59,310 nucleotides of DNA from positions 1 to 59,310 of the IMG/VR virus record IMGVR_UViG_3300009161_000051; one strand, 5' to 3'. Both the position numbers and the translations under genes were made by a program. This stretch comes from a virus. Taxonomy: Duplodnaviria > Caudoviricetes. Below, piece after piece: positions 1 to 9,886 of this stretch. Below the pieces are notes generated by a model. The model ran no database searches and was not told where the DNA came from. It worked only from the letters and a program-made list of their open reading frames with translations. Position 1 is the first letter of the stretch; the number at the start of each line of letters is the position of its first letter.

Positions 1-288
1 AATGCAATTACTTATAGCGTTGGCACAACGGATATCTTTGGTCTTCCCATCCTCTCTAATTTCTTCAGCGATGTAGCTATCAACTATAACGCTGCTGGAA
101 TTACAGCGAGTACGGGATATGTTGCGGCAGTGACTACAAGTCCTGCAACAACAACCACGGGTGATGTACGTGGTACGTATGCTGTACAGTCGGCAACGGA
201 TGCGTCAAAGCGACTTGCTATCCGGCAATTTGTTCTTCCAGCCAATATGGGTTCCACTACGGGCCTGTTTGGCGTCACACAAGCATAA
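1..288 (+). CDS. Partial (C-terminal 95 aa) virion structural protein; diverged copy of the 3' end of 57932..59083
   Basis: Frame 1 reads NAITYSVGTTDIFGLP...GLFGVTQA*, 82/95 aa identical to the end of 57932..59083. Confidence 0.85.
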   Translation, partial: NAITYSVGTTDIFGLPILSNFFSDVAINYNAAGITASTGYVAAVTTSPATTTTGDVRGTYAVQSATDASKRLAIRQFVLPANMGSTTGLFGVTQA

Positions 289-299
289 TGAGGTTTATT

Positions 300-581
300 A
301 TGAAAGGTCGTCATCGTAAGGCCGCTGGTGGCATGGTTGAGAAGGGCGTTGTTGCAAATGACGCCTCCCCAACTGATGTTTACTCAGGTTCCGGCTCTAA
401 TGTTGTTAAGGCTGCTAAACAGCGTAAAGCTGGCGGTAAGGTTTCTGGTTTTATGGCTAAGATGCGGTCTGACCGCCCTGCCCGTAAATCTGGCGGTCGC
501 ACAGGTTCAAACATGAACCCGCTGTCGTCTGCTCATGCAGGAACGGAACCAACGGGCCATAAATCAATGGTCAATTGTTAG
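300..581 (+). CDS. Small basic protein with three KxxGG motifs (probable virion-internal protein)
   Basis: GAGG RBS then ATG at 300; KAAGGMV, RKAGGKV, RKSGGRT; homologous to the partial ORF at 59093. Confidence 0.7.
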   Translation: MKGRHRKAAGGMVEKGVVANDASPTDVYSGSGSNVVKAAKQRKAGGKVSGFMAKMRSDRPARKSGGRTGSNMNPLSSAHAGTEPTGHKSMVNC

Positions 582-613
582 TCTTTGATTTTCTTAAATC
601 ATGGAGTAAGATA

Positions 614-639
614 GGCGGGACTTAACAGTCCCGTCTTTC
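614..639 (+). terminator. GC hairpin with short T tract (possible terminator or leader hairpin)
   Basis: GGCGGGAC-ttaaca-GTCCCGTC-TTTC. Confidence 0.4.
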
Positions 640-654
640 ATATGGGGGCTTCAA

Positions 655-903
655 ATGGCTACTACACCTGCTTGGCAACGCTCTGAAGGCAAATCTCCTT
701 CAGGCGGGTTAAATGAAAAAGGCAGAGCTTCTGCAAAAGCGGAAGGTCATAACCTTAAAGCCCCGACAAAGGATTCAGACAATCCTCGACATAAATCATT
801 TTGCGAGCGTATGACTGGTATGAAGCGTAAGCGCACGGGTGCTGCCGCTGCTGCTGATCCTGATAGCAGGATTAATAAGTCTCTCAGGAAGTGGGGTTGC
901 TAA
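655..903 (+). CDS. DUF6321-like small basic phage protein
   Basis: GGLNEKGRAS...RHKSFCERM...DPDSRINKSLRKWGC pattern recalled for this family. Confidence 0.7.
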   Translation: MATTPAWQRSEGKSPSGGLNEKGRASAKAEGHNLKAPTKDSDNPRHKSFCERMTGMKRKRTGAAAAADPDSRINKSLRKWGC

Positions 904-1067
904 TGTCAGACAAACCATTCTGGGAACAAAAATTACCCAAAGATCATCATACCAAGCACTTGTCCAACAAACAGGAACAAAGTGCTAAAGCTAGAGCAAG
1001 GGCGGCAGGTAGGCCATACCCAAACTTAGTTGACAATGCAGCGGCGTCCCGCAGGAAAGGCAAATAA
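903..1067 (+). CDS. Small conserved phage protein (54 aa, not in ORF track)
   Basis: TAATG coupling to the upstream gene; MSDKPFWEQK...AAGRPYPNLVDN...*. Confidence 0.65.
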   Translation: MSDKPFWEQKLPKDHHTKHLSNKQEQSAKARARAAGRPYPNLVDNAAASRRKGK

Positions 1068-1068
1068 A

Positions 1069-1749
1069 ATGCGAGCAGTAATCATCAATGTTGGGCCTTA
1101 TGCTGCCCCAAGCGCAACAAACATCCGCACGGCATCGTCGATTGCAGCGGCTGGAACAGTTACTCTGAATGGTTCTTTGGTCAGTAGCGGAACGGCTACA
1201 TTGGATCAGCCTCGGCGTGTATTGTTCACGTCTGTGGGGAACGATAGCGGGATTACGTTCACCGTCACTGGGACAGACTGGAATAATATGCCAGCGAGTG
1301 AAGTTGTAACTGGGGCAAATGCAACAACGACGTACACGGTTTATGATTTTAAAACGGTTACTTCAGTCGTTGCCTCTGGCGCGTCTGCTAATAGTGTTAG
1401 CATTGGCACAAACGCAATTGCATCTAGCCGTCCGGTATTTTTGGATTTGTATGCTGATAGCAGCACATATGTTCAAACAGACACGGGTGGTGCTTCTGGT
1501 GTTACTTATACAATTCAATATTCTGGCGATAATCCAAATAATTACCAGATTGGAATTGGTACTGAAACATACGTGAATTCTCGTTGGGTTAATTCTGGAA
1601 CAGCAGCATTGGTAAATGCAACGGGAGCAGTGAACGCTAACCAATCAGGTATCCCAACAATGGCTCGTGTTTACGTCAGCAATGCAGGATCAAATACATC
1701 TGGCACTGTTCATGTAAACTTCAATCAAGCTGGCATGATTTCTCAGTAA
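1069..1749 (+). CDS. Virion structural protein (beta-rich)
   Basis: T/S/G/A-rich; shares VTGTDW...SEVVT...FKTVTSV pattern with 57932..59083 (VSGYDI...SEAIT...FKYIASV). Confidence 0.6.
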   Translation: MRAVIINVGPYAAPSATNIRTASSIAAAGTVTLNGSLVSSGTATLDQPRRVLFTSVGNDSGITFTVTGTDWNNMPASEVVTGANATTTYTVYDFKTVTSVVASGASANSVSIGTNAIASSRPVFLDLYADSSTYVQTDTGGASGVTYTIQYSGDNPNNYQIGIGTETYVNSRWVNSGTAALVNATGAVNANQSGIPTMARVYVSNAGSNTSGTVHVNFNQAGMISQ

Positions 1750-1768
1750 TTCAAAATAGGACTGTAAC

Positions 1769-2467
1769 ATGGTTGGCAATGTCACAATAACAGCACTACC
1801 TGCGGGTGGGACAGTAGGATCAACTGATCCTTTCCCATCCGTGCAGTCTACCAATACGGTAAAAATAACAGCTACACAGATGAGAACTTTTGTTCTTAAC
1901 AGTAGCGCAACTTTTGCTATTGGAACGGGTGCTGCTGCTACAACAATTGCTGGAACTGGTGCTTACAATTTAACGCTCACGACAAACAGCGGCGCATCTA
2001 ATCAAGGCACTATTACGATAGCAAATGGAGCCAACGGTAACATTACTATTGATCCTGATGGCACTGGCATAATTTCTTTAGCAGGTGTTACAACCGGAAC
2101 AGGTTCCATAACAAGTTCATCCAGTAGCGGTGGTATTGGTTATTCAACTGGTGCTGGTGGGACAGTTACTCAAGCCACAAGCAAAAGTACCACTGTAGCT
2201 CTAAATGCGGTTACTGGAACGATTGTGATGAATGGTGCTTCCCTTGCTGCGGCTACGGTTGTGGCGTTTACTTTTACAAATACGTCGATAGCCGCGACTG
2301 ACATGGTTGTTATAAATCACTCGTCAGTAGGAACACTGAGCGGGTATAGCTTTGCAGTAACACCGGGTGCTGGAACCTCAACAGTATCTGTTAGAAACAA
2401 CACTGCGGGTGCATTGGCTGAAGCTATTGTGTTACAGTTTGCTATTATTAAATCCGTCACTGGTTAA
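1769..2467 (+). CDS. Virion fibre/decoration-like protein
   Basis: T/G/S-rich; GIGYSTGAGGTVTQATSKSTTV module; structural gene context. Confidence 0.55.
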   Translation: MVGNVTITALPAGGTVGSTDPFPSVQSTNTVKITATQMRTFVLNSSATFAIGTGAAATTIAGTGAYNLTLTTNSGASNQGTITIANGANGNITIDPDGTGIISLAGVTTGTGSITSSSSSGGIGYSTGAGGTVTQATSKSTTVALNAVTGTIVMNGASLAAATVVAFTFTNTSIAATDMVVINHSSVGTLSGYSFAVTPGAGTSTVSVRNNTAGALAEAIVLQFAIIKSVTG

Positions 2468-2479
2468 TCGGAGCCAACT

Positions 2480-3175
2480 ATGACAACGAGTGGAACATAC
2501 GCTTTCAATCCAAGTCTTGGAGAGTTGACGCTGTATGCTTTCAACTTGTGCGGCATACGTAATACGTCTCTCCTTCAAGAGCATATGACTTCTGCCCGGA
2601 TGGCAACAAACTTGATGCTGTCCCGCTGGTCAAATATGGGCGTTAATCTTTGGAAAGTTGATCTGGTCACAGTACCTTTGGTGACGGGCGTCTCGACTTA
2701 TAATGTAGACCAAAACACGGTTATGGTACTTGATACATATGTTACAACGGCTCAAACTGGTCAGAACATTGACCGCATTATATTACCAATCAGTCGTACT
2801 GAGTATGCATCTTATCCAAATAAAGAGCAGGAGGGGTTCCCAACTGTCTATTGGTTTGATCGTCTTGTTAGCCCTACGCTCACTATATGGCCTGTTCCAA
2901 ACACTTCTAACGGGCCTACAACGCTTAGTTACTACCGTGTTACGCAAATTGAAGATGCTAATTTTAAAAGTGGTCAGACGGTAGACATCCCATATCGTTG
3001 GATGGAAGCATTTGCCAATGGTCTTGCTTACAATTTGGCTCGTGTGTGGAACCCGCAAATGGTTGTCCAACTAAAGCCTGAAGCAGATGAATCATATATG
3101 ATTGCGGCAGGTCAGGACGTTGAAGTTGTAAACATGTATATCAGCCCAATGGTTTCTGGTTATTGGAGGTCGTAA
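2480..3175 (+). CDS. Head-tail adaptor / tail tubular-like protein
   Basis: MTTSGTYAFN start; ISRTEYASYPNK..GFPTVYWFDR..IWPVP..DIPYRWMEAF typical of podophage adaptors. Confidence 0.6.
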   Translation: MTTSGTYAFNPSLGELTLYAFNLCGIRNTSLLQEHMTSARMATNLMLSRWSNMGVNLWKVDLVTVPLVTGVSTYNVDQNTVMVLDTYVTTAQTGQNIDRIILPISRTEYASYPNKEQEGFPTVYWFDRLVSPTLTIWPVPNTSNGPTTLSYYRVTQIEDANFKSGQTVDIPYRWMEAFANGLAYNLARVWNPQMVVQLKPEADESYMIAAGQDVEVVNMYISPMVSGYWRS

Positions 3176-3901
3176 ATGCGTCCTCACGGTCGTGCTAGAG
3201 TAAGCACTAGAAATCCACAGGCGTTTGGTATTTGCGACCGTTGTGGTTTTTTATACAACCATACTAATCTGATGTGGCAGTTTGATTGGGCTGGAGCAAG
3301 TCTGATCAATAAGCGCATCCTAGTATGCAAACCGTGCAATGACGTTCCTCAGAATCAGTTGAGAGCAATTGTTCTTCCGGCAGACCCTGTTCCAATTATG
3401 AACCCTCGCGTTGAAGCATATGCATCTGCTGAAACAGACACTCGCGTGATTATAGTTTCTTCAACCGTTGATCCGACAACTGGTTTGACAATCAACGTGT
3501 ATGCAACCCGTGTAACGCAAGACGATCAACCTCGTGTAGATCAACCTATTGGTGTTCCTACAGGCTTGGTTCAATCTGCTGTAATGCCTTTATATGCCAA
3601 CGTGACATACGGCGTAGAACTCTCTGTATTGTCAATCACGGCAAATGGCACGACCATTGTTACGGTGACGTGTTCAGACGTTCATGGGCTGACTACAAAC
3701 GATGTAGTTTCTATTGAAGGCACGTCTACTGCAAAAGCAGACGGGTTTTATAATGTCGTAGTAACTTCAGCTACAGCATTTACATATGAAACCAACAAAA
3801 CAATCACGGCTAGTAGCCTTCAAGAGGTTTCAACTCGCATAATAACTGCTATAGTGGGTACGCCTTATGGATTTGATCAGATACCAAAAACGGGAATTTA
3901 A
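3176..3901 (+). CDS. Conserved structural protein with CxxC...CxxC N-terminus and beta-rich C-terminal domain
   Basis: AFGICDRCGF...LVCKPC; C-terminal HGLTTNDVVSI module. Confidence 0.55.
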   Translation: MRPHGRARVSTRNPQAFGICDRCGFLYNHTNLMWQFDWAGASLINKRILVCKPCNDVPQNQLRAIVLPADPVPIMNPRVEAYASAETDTRVIIVSSTVDPTTGLTINVYATRVTQDDQPRVDQPIGVPTGLVQSAVMPLYANVTYGVELSVLSITANGTTIVTVTCSDVHGLTTNDVVSIEGTSTAKADGFYNVVVTSATAFTYETNKTITASSLQEVSTRIITAIVGTPYGFDQIPKTGI

Positions 3902-3903
3902 TT

Positions 3904-6828
3904 ATGGCTAACATTACCATTCCCAATCTTCCTGCCGCTACCTCTCTTAACGGGGACGAGCAGTTTGAAACGGTTCAGAGCGGAACATCAAATAGAACAA
4001 CTACTCAACAGATTGCAGATTATGTTGTTAGCGCAGGAATTTATGGGCCTATTGCTAATAGCACTGTAGTTTCAAACATATCTGGTGCAACGGCGGAACC
4101 AACTGCAAATTCATTAACGTCAATCATAGATTATTCTTTTGGCAGCACAATTGGTGATATCTTATATCGTAGCGGTGCAGGTTGGGCTGTGCTTGCGCCG
4201 GGAATTTCTGGTCAAGTTCTTTCAACCCAAGGGGTTAATTTTGACCCTATTTGGCGGTCTACACCCGGCACAGGCACGGTAACATCGATCACGGCGGGGA
4301 CAAACCTGTCTGCCACACCTGCAAATCCGATTACAGCATCCGGCACAATTAGCACAGTTGATAATCCTGTATTTGCCACATCAACCACAACTCCTGTTGT
4401 TTACGGTGGCACAGCGGCATCGTCCAATTTGACGCTTCAATCGACGAGCGGAGTAGGAACGACAGACAGCATATCCCTGAAGGTGGGGAATGCAGGTGCT
4501 ATTACAGCACTGGGGGTTGATACATCTGGTGTAGTGACACTGTCATCAGCTTTGCCTGCCACATCAGGCGGTACGGGCCAGACATCATACACAGTTGGCG
4601 ATTTGCTTTATGCGTCTTCCTCAACAGCCTTGTCAAAACTCGCGGACGTGGCGACTGGGTCTGTTCTGATCTCTGGCGGGGTTGGTGCCGCGCCTTCCTA
4701 TTCGGCTTCTCCAACGCTGACGACCTCGCTGACAACGCCGCTTCTTATTGGCGGCACGACGGCATCCTCGTCATTGACGCTTCAATCAACGTCCGGTGTT
4801 GGCACGACAGATAAAATTCTTTTTAAAGTTGGCAACAATGGTGCTGTTACGGGTGGGACAATCGGAACAACAGGAAATTGGGGATTTGGCGGAAATGCAA
4901 CTACATTCATTGGTCTTGCTGTTCCGTTAGTCATCACAGGCGCAACCTCTGCTTACGGTCAGCGCATTAATGGCAACGTCCAATCAGACGTGACTACTCT
5001 TGCGGCAGCTTATTTCTCAAATATTGCTCTTCAAAACGCTTCTTTTACAACGACAGACCTTGTCCATTTCCTCGCAAACCCGCCAACGGGCGGGGCGGGT
5101 TCTACGGCAACAAACCAATATGGTTTTAAGGCAAACAGCACACTTGGTTCAAATGGCGCGGCAACTGTTACAAACTCTTACGGGTTTTACAGCGACCTTG
5201 CTTCTGCTTCAAACAAATGGAATTTTTACGCTAACGGAACTGCGGATAATTATTTTGGTGGCAACGTAGGCATCGGATCGACGTCGCTAACAACTACAAA
5301 TCTACGGGTATCAAAAAGCATAACCGGAGGCACAATAGCACAAAGCATTAGGTCAGACGGAGCAATCCAGTCAGATGTAACAGGCAGTGGTGCTTATTAT
5401 GTATCGGCTGCTAGTATGGCGTCTGGGACGTTAGGTAATTTAAACCATTATCAAGCTAATCAAGCAACGGTTGCAGCGACTGTTACCAATCAAAGCGGAT
5501 TTACTTCAACCGCAACTTTAATTGGAGCCACCAACAACTACGCGTTTATTGCCGCCGACACCGCCGCAGTAACGGCTGGCAAGACTGCATACGGCTATTA
5601 CTCCGCAGTAAACACAGCCACAGGCGGCGGTACGACTTATCAGTTTTATGCAGCGGGAACTGCGCCAAGCGTAATCAATGGCACTGTCACGCTCGGCACA
5701 CCTTTGGCAGTCTCTTCCGGCGGCACAGGCGCAACGACATCAAACGCCGCTCTGACAAACCTGACGACGTTCACAAGCACCGCAACAGCGGGTGCAACGA
5801 CCACGCTGACCAACACAAGCACATACTTCCAGTTTTTTACTGGAGTGCTTACGCAAACGATCACGTTGCCTGTGACGAGCACTTTGGCTCAGGGCTGGAC
5901 GTTTCACATCGTCAACAACAGCACTGGAAATTTGACAGTCAATTCATCCGGCGCGAACTTTGTCATTACGGTTCTCCCCGGCACGACCGTAATGTGCACA
6001 TGCATTGGAACTGCATTAACAACTGCCGCTGATTGGGAAGCGGGTTACACGGACTTCTCAACCGCGACAGGCGCAGGCTCGGTTGTTCTTTCCGCAAGCC
6101 CGACGCTGACGGGAACGACAACTGCGACAACACTGACTGCGACAACCCTCACAGCAACTGCGGGTGCTGGGTTTCAGAACATGGTTGTTTTGACATCCGG
6201 TGCTTCTTATTCACTGCCAGCCGCTGTTCAGGTTACTGGTGCTAAGTTTAAAATCACTGTTATTGGTGGCGGTGGCGCAGGTGGCGGCAACCCAGCGACA
6301 GCGGCAACCGCAGGTGGCGGCGGTGGCGCAGGTGGTGTCGGTGTTGCAATTGTAACTTTTGTTACAGGACAAACATCAATTACAACGTCATTTGGAGCGG
6401 CAGGCGCGGCGTCCTCTGGTGCTGTAGGCGGTAACGGTGGCGCAACGACTGCAACGTATAATGCGTTGACGTATATTGGAACGGGCGGAGGCGGTGGCGC
6501 GTTAGGTGCGGCTACGTCTGCGGGTGGTGCTGGCGGTACAGGGACTACCGGAACCGGAACCGTGGTTCTTGCTCCAACTGGACAAGTTGGCGGTACTGGC
6601 GGCACAACAACAGCGGTTGCTGGTGTTACATACCTTAATAACTCAGGTGCTAATACAGCCCTTGGTTATGGCATGGGTGGCCTTATGCCGTTTGCTGGCG
6701 CAACTGGTTCTGCGGGTGTGGTTGCGTCTGGTTATGGTGCGGGTGGGTCTGGTTCTGTAGCGGGTTCAACGGCAACGGCTCGTGCTGGCGGAAACGGTAC
6801 GCTTGGTGCAATTATCATTGAATACTGA
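3904..6828 (+). CDS. Tail fibre protein with internal repeats and Gly-rich C-terminus
   Basis: 974 aa, T/G/S/A-rich; GGTG fibre motifs; duplicated LTLQSTSGVGTTD module; C-terminal GGGG-rich domain ending IIIEY. Confidence 0.8.
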   Translation: MANITIPNLPAATSLNGDEQFETVQSGTSNRTTTQQIADYVVSAGIYGPIANSTVVSNISGATAEPTANSLTSIIDYSFGSTIGDILYRSGAGWAVLAPGISGQVLSTQGVNFDPIWRSTPGTGTVTSITAGTNLSATPANPITASGTISTVDNPVFATSTTTPVVYGGTAASSNLTLQSTSGVGTTDSISLKVGNAGAITALGVDTSGVVTLSSALPATSGGTGQTSYTVGDLLYASSSTALSKLADVATGSVLISGGVGAAPSYSASPTLTTSLTTPLLIGGTTASSSLTLQSTSGVGTTDKILFKVGNNGAVTGGTIGTTGNWGFGGNATTFIGLAVPLVITGATSAYGQRINGNVQSDVTTLAAAYFSNIALQNASFTTTDLVHFLANPPTGGAGSTATNQYGFKANSTLGSNGAATVTNSYGFYSDLASASNKWNFYANGTADNYFGGNVGIGSTSLTTTNLRVSKSITGGTIAQSIRSDGAIQSDVTGSGAYYVSAASMASGTLGNLNHYQANQATVAATVTNQSGFTSTATLIGATNNYAFIAADTAAVTAGKTAYGYYSAVNTATGGGTTYQFYAAGTAPSVINGTVTLGTPLAVSSGGTGATTSNAALTNLTTFTSTATAGATTTLTNTSTYFQFFTGVLTQTITLPVTSTLAQGWTFHIVNNSTGNLTVNSSGANFVITVLPGTTVMCTCIGTALTTAADWEAGYTDFSTATGAGSVVLSASPTLTGTTTATTLTATTLTATAGAGFQNMVVLTSGASYSLPAAVQVTGAKFKITVIGGGGAGGGNPATAATAGGGGGAGGVGVAIVTFVTGQTSITTSFGAAGAASSGAVGGNGGATTATYNALTYIGTGGGGGALGAATSAGGAGGTGTTGTGTVVLAPTGQVGGTGGTTTAVAGVTYLNNSGANTALGYGMGGLMPFAGATGSAGVVASGYGAGGSGSVAGSTATARAGGNGTLGAIIIEY

Positions 6829-6840
6829 TGGGAAGAAATC

Positions 6841-7647
6841 ATGCCAATAAAACTTAGAGGCTCGACATCTGGCGATATAACCCTAACAGCAGCGGCTGTA
6901 GCAGGGACTAATACGCTTACGCTTCCGGCTGTAACTGACACGCTTGTAGGTCTAGCGGCTACACAGACGCTTACTGGCAAGACGTTGACGGGTGCTACCT
7001 TATCAGCAGGAACAACAACAGTCGCTCCGTTAGATTTTACATCTGGAACAAATCTGACATCCGCCCTTGCTGGTGCAATAGAATATGATGGCAAGGTATT
7101 TTATGGAACCCCGCAAGGCACACAGCGCGGCGTAATTCCGGGGATGCAGTTCTTTCGGCTGAACGCTGATCTTGCAGGCGCAAACGTCAGCACGGTGCAA
7201 AGTGTGTTTGGTGTTAGCGTCACGTTGTCTGCCTCAACGGTGTATGCTTTTGAGGCCATATACTATTTTAACAAAACAGTAGGCGCAACAGCGCACACCG
7301 TTGGTATTGGGTTTGGTGGAACGGCAACACTTAACAGCGTTCTTTACGGCGGCATTGCTTTTGATGGGGTTACTCCGCTTCCAACAAGAGCAAGCTCAGG
7401 AACTTCACAAATAGCTTCTGCTTCTGCTGCAAATTTAACAATTACCGGACCAATAGCTAATGCTGCCTTAACAATTTTTTCAAGTATTAAAGGCATTGTC
7501 AGCATCAATGGCGGCGGTACATTCACGCCTCAGTACACGCTCTCTGCTGCTCCCGGCGGTGCGTACAGCACTATGGCAAATAGCTACTTCTTGATCTACC
7601 CAATCGGTGCATCTGGGGCTAACGTCAACGTAGGAACATGGGCATGA
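6841..7647 (+). CDS. Tail fibre / receptor-binding-associated protein
   Basis: N-terminal GSTSG..AVAGTNT..LAATQTLT.KTLT module shared with 8938..9702. Confidence 0.65.
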   Translation: MPIKLRGSTSGDITLTAAAVAGTNTLTLPAVTDTLVGLAATQTLTGKTLTGATLSAGTTTVAPLDFTSGTNLTSALAGAIEYDGKVFYGTPQGTQRGVIPGMQFFRLNADLAGANVSTVQSVFGVSVTLSASTVYAFEAIYYFNKTVGATAHTVGIGFGGTATLNSVLYGGIAFDGVTPLPTRASSGTSQIASASAANLTITGPIANAALTIFSSIKGIVSINGGGTFTPQYTLSAAPGGAYSTMANSYFLIYPIGASGANVNVGTWA

Positions 7648-8513
7648 CGGTAACAATTAACGGAACTACAGGTATAGCTGGTGTTGATGGCTCTGCTGCT
7701 ACTCCAGCAGTGCAGGGTGCTGATACCAACACGGGTATCTTCTTTCCTGCCGCTGATACGATTGCCTTCACTGAAGGCGGTGCGGAAGCGATGCGGATTA
7801 ACTCGTCTGGTCAGGTAGGGATTGGGACGACTACGCCAAACGCTAATCTTGAGGTGTCTGGGACGGCTACGGCGGTAAATATTACTAGATACTCAACAGA
7901 TACTGGTGTTTCAAGTTTAGTCTTTAGAAAATCTCGCGGGACTGAAGCGTCCCCAACAATAATTTCTTCTGGCGATAACATTGGTTCAATTTTGTTCCAA
8001 GGATATGACGGGAGTAGTTTTAGTAATGCGGCTCAAATATTGGTTCAATGTGCCGCAACCCCCGGAGCAACCGATATGCCGGGAAATATGTTATTCCGCG
8101 TATCGCCAGATGGATCAGCAACTGTTGTCAATCAAGCATCACTTAGTTCGGCAGGGCTATTCTCATTCAATTCCGGCTACGGCTCGGCAGCGGTGGCATA
8201 CGGCTGCCGTGCGTGGGTAAACTTTGATGGCACGGGAACACCTGCTATCCGTGCTAGTGGCAATGTTACAAGTATTACGGATGGTGGGACTGGAATATTT
8301 ACATTGAATTTTGCAACAGCACTAGTTGACACTAATTATGCTTTTGTATCGACAACTAGCGGTTCTGCAACTGGCAGTGCTAGTTTTAGATCAGCAGGCG
8401 GTAGCCAAGGAAGAGATTATGCTACTACGTCGGTTACATTACTTTGCTTTGCTATTGATAGTGCTAATAATGCTGATGATCCAGTTTTAGCCAATGTTGC
8501 AATATTTAGGTAA
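7644..8513 (+). CDS. Tail fibre / receptor-binding-associated protein
   Basis: DTNTGIFFPAADTIAF..EAMRI..VGIGTT; C-terminal CRAWVNFDG...SITD.GTG module. Confidence 0.7.
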   Translation: MTVTINGTTGIAGVDGSAATPAVQGADTNTGIFFPAADTIAFTEGGAEAMRINSSGQVGIGTTTPNANLEVSGTATAVNITRYSTDTGVSSLVFRKSRGTEASPTIISSGDNIGSILFQGYDGSSFSNAAQILVQCAATPGATDMPGNMLFRVSPDGSATVVNQASLSSAGLFSFNSGYGSAAVAYGCRAWVNFDGTGTPAIRASGNVTSITDGGTGIFTLNFATALVDTNYAFVSTTSGSATGSASFRSAGGSQGRDYATTSVTLLCFAIDSANNADDPVLANVAIFR

Positions 8514-8522
8514 GGGCGTCCA

Positions 8523-8717
8523 ATGAACCGCATCATATACCCAAACGACGACGGTGGAGTTTCCATCATCATCCCCGCTCCAGAGGCTCTTGAGACAATG
8601 ACCATTGAGGAAATCGCTGCCAAGGATGTACCTGCTGGTAAGCCATTCAAGATCGTGGACGTGTCCGACATTCCATCCGACCGCACGTTCCGCAATGCGT
8701 GGGAGTATTCTGAATGA
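8523..8717 (+). CDS. Tail fibre assembly/chaperone-like small protein
   Basis: IAAKDVPAG.PFKIVD..DIPSDRTFRNAW, immediately after fibre genes. Confidence 0.6.
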   Translation: MNRIIYPNDDGGVSIIIPAPEALETMTIEEIAAKDVPAGKPFKIVDVSDIPSDRTFRNAWEYSE

Positions 8718-8941
8718 TCACGATCAACATCGACAAAGCCAAGGACATCACCAAGCAGCGTCTACGGGCAGAGCGTGAGCCACTACTCGCCGCGCAGGAC
8801 GTAGCGTTCCAACGTGCGCTAGAAAGCGGCGCAGACACCGCAGCCATCGTTGCAGAGAAGCAGCGTCTAAGGGATGTGACTGCATTGGTAGACACTTGCT
8901 CGACACTAGACGAGTTAAAAGCACTTGAGGTGACACCATGA
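8714..8941 (+). CDS. Tail fibre assembly/chaperone-like small protein
   Basis: LRAEREPLLAAQDV..KQRLRDVT pattern; ATGA overlaps on both sides. Confidence 0.6.
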   Translation: MITINIDKAKDITKQRLRAEREPLLAAQDVAFQRALESGADTAAIVAEKQRLRDVTALVDTCSTLDELKALEVTP

Positions 8942-9702
8942 GTACGATTAAAGTCACTAACATACAGAATGAATCGTCAGCTACAGTAAACATGAGTTTG
9001 GGAACGGCTGGTGAAGTTACACTAGCAAAAAGCCCAAAGTTAAATGGTTCTACGTCTGGGACACTCACAATTGCCGCTCCTGCTGTAGCGGGTACTAATA
9101 CAATTACATTCCCTGCTGCGACAGACACGGTTGCAACCCTTGCCGCTACCCAGACGCTTACTAATAAGACGTTAACTAGCCCGACGATTACGGGTGCTGT
9201 TGTATCCTCAATGGGCAGCAGCGTACTTACACGAGCAACCGCGCAAACACAACCAGCATCTCCTTCGGCGGTTGCTAATGTTGACTTTATAGGCATCCCG
9301 TCATGGGTAAAACGCGTCTCGGTTATGTTCTCTGAAGTAAGCACAAGCGGAACAAGCAATTATATTATCCAGCTTGGATACGGTGCAACACCAACATATG
9401 TGACAAGTGGATATTTAGGTTCAGTAGTAGCTGGAGGAGGAACAGCAACTTCTTTTAGTACTGGATTTATGCTTAATAATGGTAGCGCAGCAACAGATGC
9501 TTATAGCGGAATTGCAACCATAACAAATATAACAGGTAATGCTTGGACTATGACAAGCGTTTTAGGCATTACAACTAACAATGCCAACCGATATGCCGCT
9601 GGAAATGTCAGCACAGTTACTGTCTTGACTGCAATCCGTATTACCACCGTAACCGGCACAGACACTTTTGACGCTGGCACTATCAACATCATGTACGAGT
9701 AA
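8938..9702 (+). CDS. Tail fibre / receptor-binding-associated protein
   Basis: Shared module with 6841..7647; C-terminal DF.GIPSWVKRV...TFDAGTINIMYE. Confidence 0.65.
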   Translation: MSTIKVTNIQNESSATVNMSLGTAGEVTLAKSPKLNGSTSGTLTIAAPAVAGTNTITFPAATDTVATLAATQTLTNKTLTSPTITGAVVSSMGSSVLTRATAQTQPASPSAVANVDFIGIPSWVKRVSVMFSEVSTSGTSNYIIQLGYGATPTYVTSGYLGSVVAGGGTATSFSTGFMLNNGSAATDAYSGIATITNITGNAWTMTSVLGITTNNANRYAAGNVSTVTVLTAIRITTVTGTDTFDAGTINIMYE

Positions 9703-9706
9703 CATT

Positions 9707-9886
9707 ATGGACATCCAAGAAAGCAAACTTGCAATTGATTCAACCATAGCGACAGGTGCTATTACAATGCCGTTATGGGTTGCTCAATTGCAAGGTTGGA
9801 TTGGACTTGGTATTTCTGTTGGTGGTCTTATCTTGATTGTCATGCGTATTATTATTGCTTTTAGAGATTGGCAAAAAAGGCAATAA
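9707..9886 (+). CDS. Small membrane protein (holin/antiholin-like)
   Basis: 59 aa, hydrophobic segment(s), basic C-terminus; first gene of lysis cluster. Confidence 0.45.
   Translation: MDIQESKLAIDSTIATGAITMPLWVAQLQGWIGLGISVGGLILIVMRIIIAFRDWQKRQ

Noticed and set aside
1-288. Diversity-generating retroelement TR/VR pair (1-288 versus 58796-59083)
   Set aside because: Differences are not adenine-specific and are largely synonymous; no reverse transcriptase gene seen
6180-6828. Gly-rich fibre tip (and KGG repeats at 27889) as members of the GG-tag system
   Set aside because: Gly runs lack the basic/aromatic -3 residue pattern; KGG repeats belong to a separate known family
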